A stretch of DNA of 64,000 nucleotides from an uncultured Gammaproteobacteria bacterium (GTDB taxonomy: Bacteria > Pseudomonadota > Gammaproteobacteria > JAURND01): contig CAVQQD010000003.1 in assembly GCA_963714975.1 (NCBI GenBank), positions 448,001 to 512,000 of the forward strand, in the 5' to 3' direction. The notes beneath the pieces were generated by a model. That model was not told the DNA's origin. It searched no databases and saw only the letters and a program-made list of their open reading frames with translations. Shown in pieces: positions 62,760 to 64,000 of this stretch (within the stretch, counting starts at the first letter, position 1; every line of letters begins with the position of its first letter). The translations under genes were made by a program, and so were the position numbers.

Positions 62760-62760
62760 C

Positions 62761-62894
62761 CCAGCAATGCCCGCTGAAGCCCTGATTCTTTCATAAGCTT
62801 TCAACATTATTCCTTCTCCCCTTGTGGGAGAAGGTGCCCCTTCGACAGGCTCAGAACAGGCTGGCGGATCAGGGGTGAGCTAAATCTAGCACCC
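62761..62894. repeat. Family D end fragment plus composite family B/C repeat
   Basis: CCAGCAATGCCCGCTGAAGCCCTG; remainder similar to 39485-39571. Confidence 0.8.
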
Positions 62895-62997
62895 GCATGA
62901 GGCAACAATCTCATGCGTCACCCACTGGTCAAATTACGGTAGAGTGGGAATTGCGGCCTATCCCCGGTATACTGATTTCAGGGTAAAATTCAGCAAG

Positions 62998-64000
62998 ATG
63001 GAAATTGCTATGCGAGGTTATCGAGCACCAAAATTGCATCAACCAGATGAGGAATTAGAGCGTCATGCGACCTGGTTGGAATTATTTTTTGACCTGGTCT
63101 TTGTTGTCGCAATCACTCAGCTCTCCGATAAATTATCGGATCATCTTACATTATCGGGCATATGGCAATTCCTGGCCCTTTTCATTCCTGTGACATGGGC
63201 TTGGGGTGGTCATACTGTGTATGCTGCACGCTTTGACCCAGATGATCTAGTGCATCGCATCATGACCTTCGTCATTATGTTTGCCGCGGCGATTATGACG
63301 GTGCATATTCCTTACGCTTTTGGAAAAAACGCCAATGGTTTTGCCATAGGTTACATCATAGCGCGTACTAGCCTGTTATTGCTGTACTTGCGGGTGTTTT
63401 TTGTGCCCGCAGTAAAACACATGACCTTGTTATATCTCGTTGGATTCGGTTTGGGAATAATGTGTTGGTGCATTTCCCTGTCTTTTGCGCCGCCAATTAA
63501 ATTTTATTGGTGGGCCTTCGGTATCAGTATAGAGCTTCTAACGCCCTGGGTAGGAAAAAGAAAAATATTATCCAAACTGCCGTTAGATACCAGGCACATT
63601 CCTGAGCGTTTTGGTTTATTTACCATCATTGTGTTGGGCGAATGCGTTGCCGGGGTGATTTTAGGCTTAACGCACACTGATTTGCATTGGAAAGCAATAT
63701 TAGCAAGCATTATGGCGTTTATGCTCTCCACACTTATTTGGCTGCAATATTATTCCTATATGGAAGCAGCAGATTACAAATGCAGTTTAAATTCAGGACA
63801 ATCATTTATTTATACCCATTTTCCCTTAGTGATTGGCATTGTGCTGATAGGTATTTGTGTGGAGAAAATGATTATTGCCTCTGCTGCATCAGTGCCGCTC
63901 TCGGCAGCATTAAATACTACTTTTTGTGCCTCACTTATTTTATGGCTAATATCCTTTTTTCTTTGCAATGCATTTCAATTAAGAAATGTAACAGAAAAAT
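62998..64000 (+). CDS. Low temperature requirement protein A family (runs off window)
   Basis: Hand translation RHATWLELFFDLVFVVAI..HIPERFGLFTIIVLGE. Confidence 0.88.
   Translation, partial: MEIAMRGYRAPKLHQPDEELERHATWLELFFDLVFVVAITQLSDKLSDHLTLSGIWQFLALFIPVTWAWGGHTVYAARFDPDDLVHRIMTFVIMFAAAIMTVHIPYAFGKNANGFAIGYIIARTSLLLLYLRVFFVPAVKHMTLLYLVGFGLGIMCWCISLSFAPPIKFYWWAFGISIELLTPWVGKRKILSKLPLDTRHIPERFGLFTIIVLGECVAGVILGLTHTDLHWKAILASIMAFMLSTLIWLQYYSYMEAADYKCSLNSGQSFIYTHFPLVIGIVLIGICVEKMIIASAASVPLSAALNTTFCASLILWLISFFLCNAFQLRNVTEK

Noticed and set aside
1-64000. tRNA, rRNA, tmRNA, RNase P, SRP or prophage genes
   Set aside because: No diagnostic signatures noticed on reading; no covariance search was run

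Overview
Chromosomal window from a gammaproteobacterium, probably Legionellales/Coxiellales-like (inferred from gene content and order) and probably origin-proximal (mnmG-rsmG-parAB and a DnaA-box cluster). Housekeeping blocks: heme A/cytochrome oxidase assembly genes, dut, radC, proC, pckA, yqgE-ruvX-pyrB, cbpAM, trmB, mmsAB, mnmG/rsmG/parAB, cox operon, glpK. These are interleaved with accessory DNA: two IS110 elements, two IS605-family tnpB elements, HigBA, Fic, AAA/nuclease genes and pseudogenes, a YcaO-TfuA-methyltransferase cluster, a stand-alone A-T-TE NRPS-like gene, effector-like paralogs and several families of palindromic repeats. Main result: the bridge-RNA guide segments of both IS110 elements can be read directly from the sequence. 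One element is programmed against a host palindromic repeat. The other is programmed against the right end (omegaRNA 3' end) of a TnpB transposon and sits inside it, i.e. an RNA-guided recombinase element targeting an RNA-guided nuclease element. Also notable: an orphan ~260-nt structured RNA candidate, a thioamide synthase pair next to a thiol S-methyltransferase, and a cluster of frameshifts in coxB/coxA/ctaG that may be assembly error. All calls were made by eye; no searches were run.
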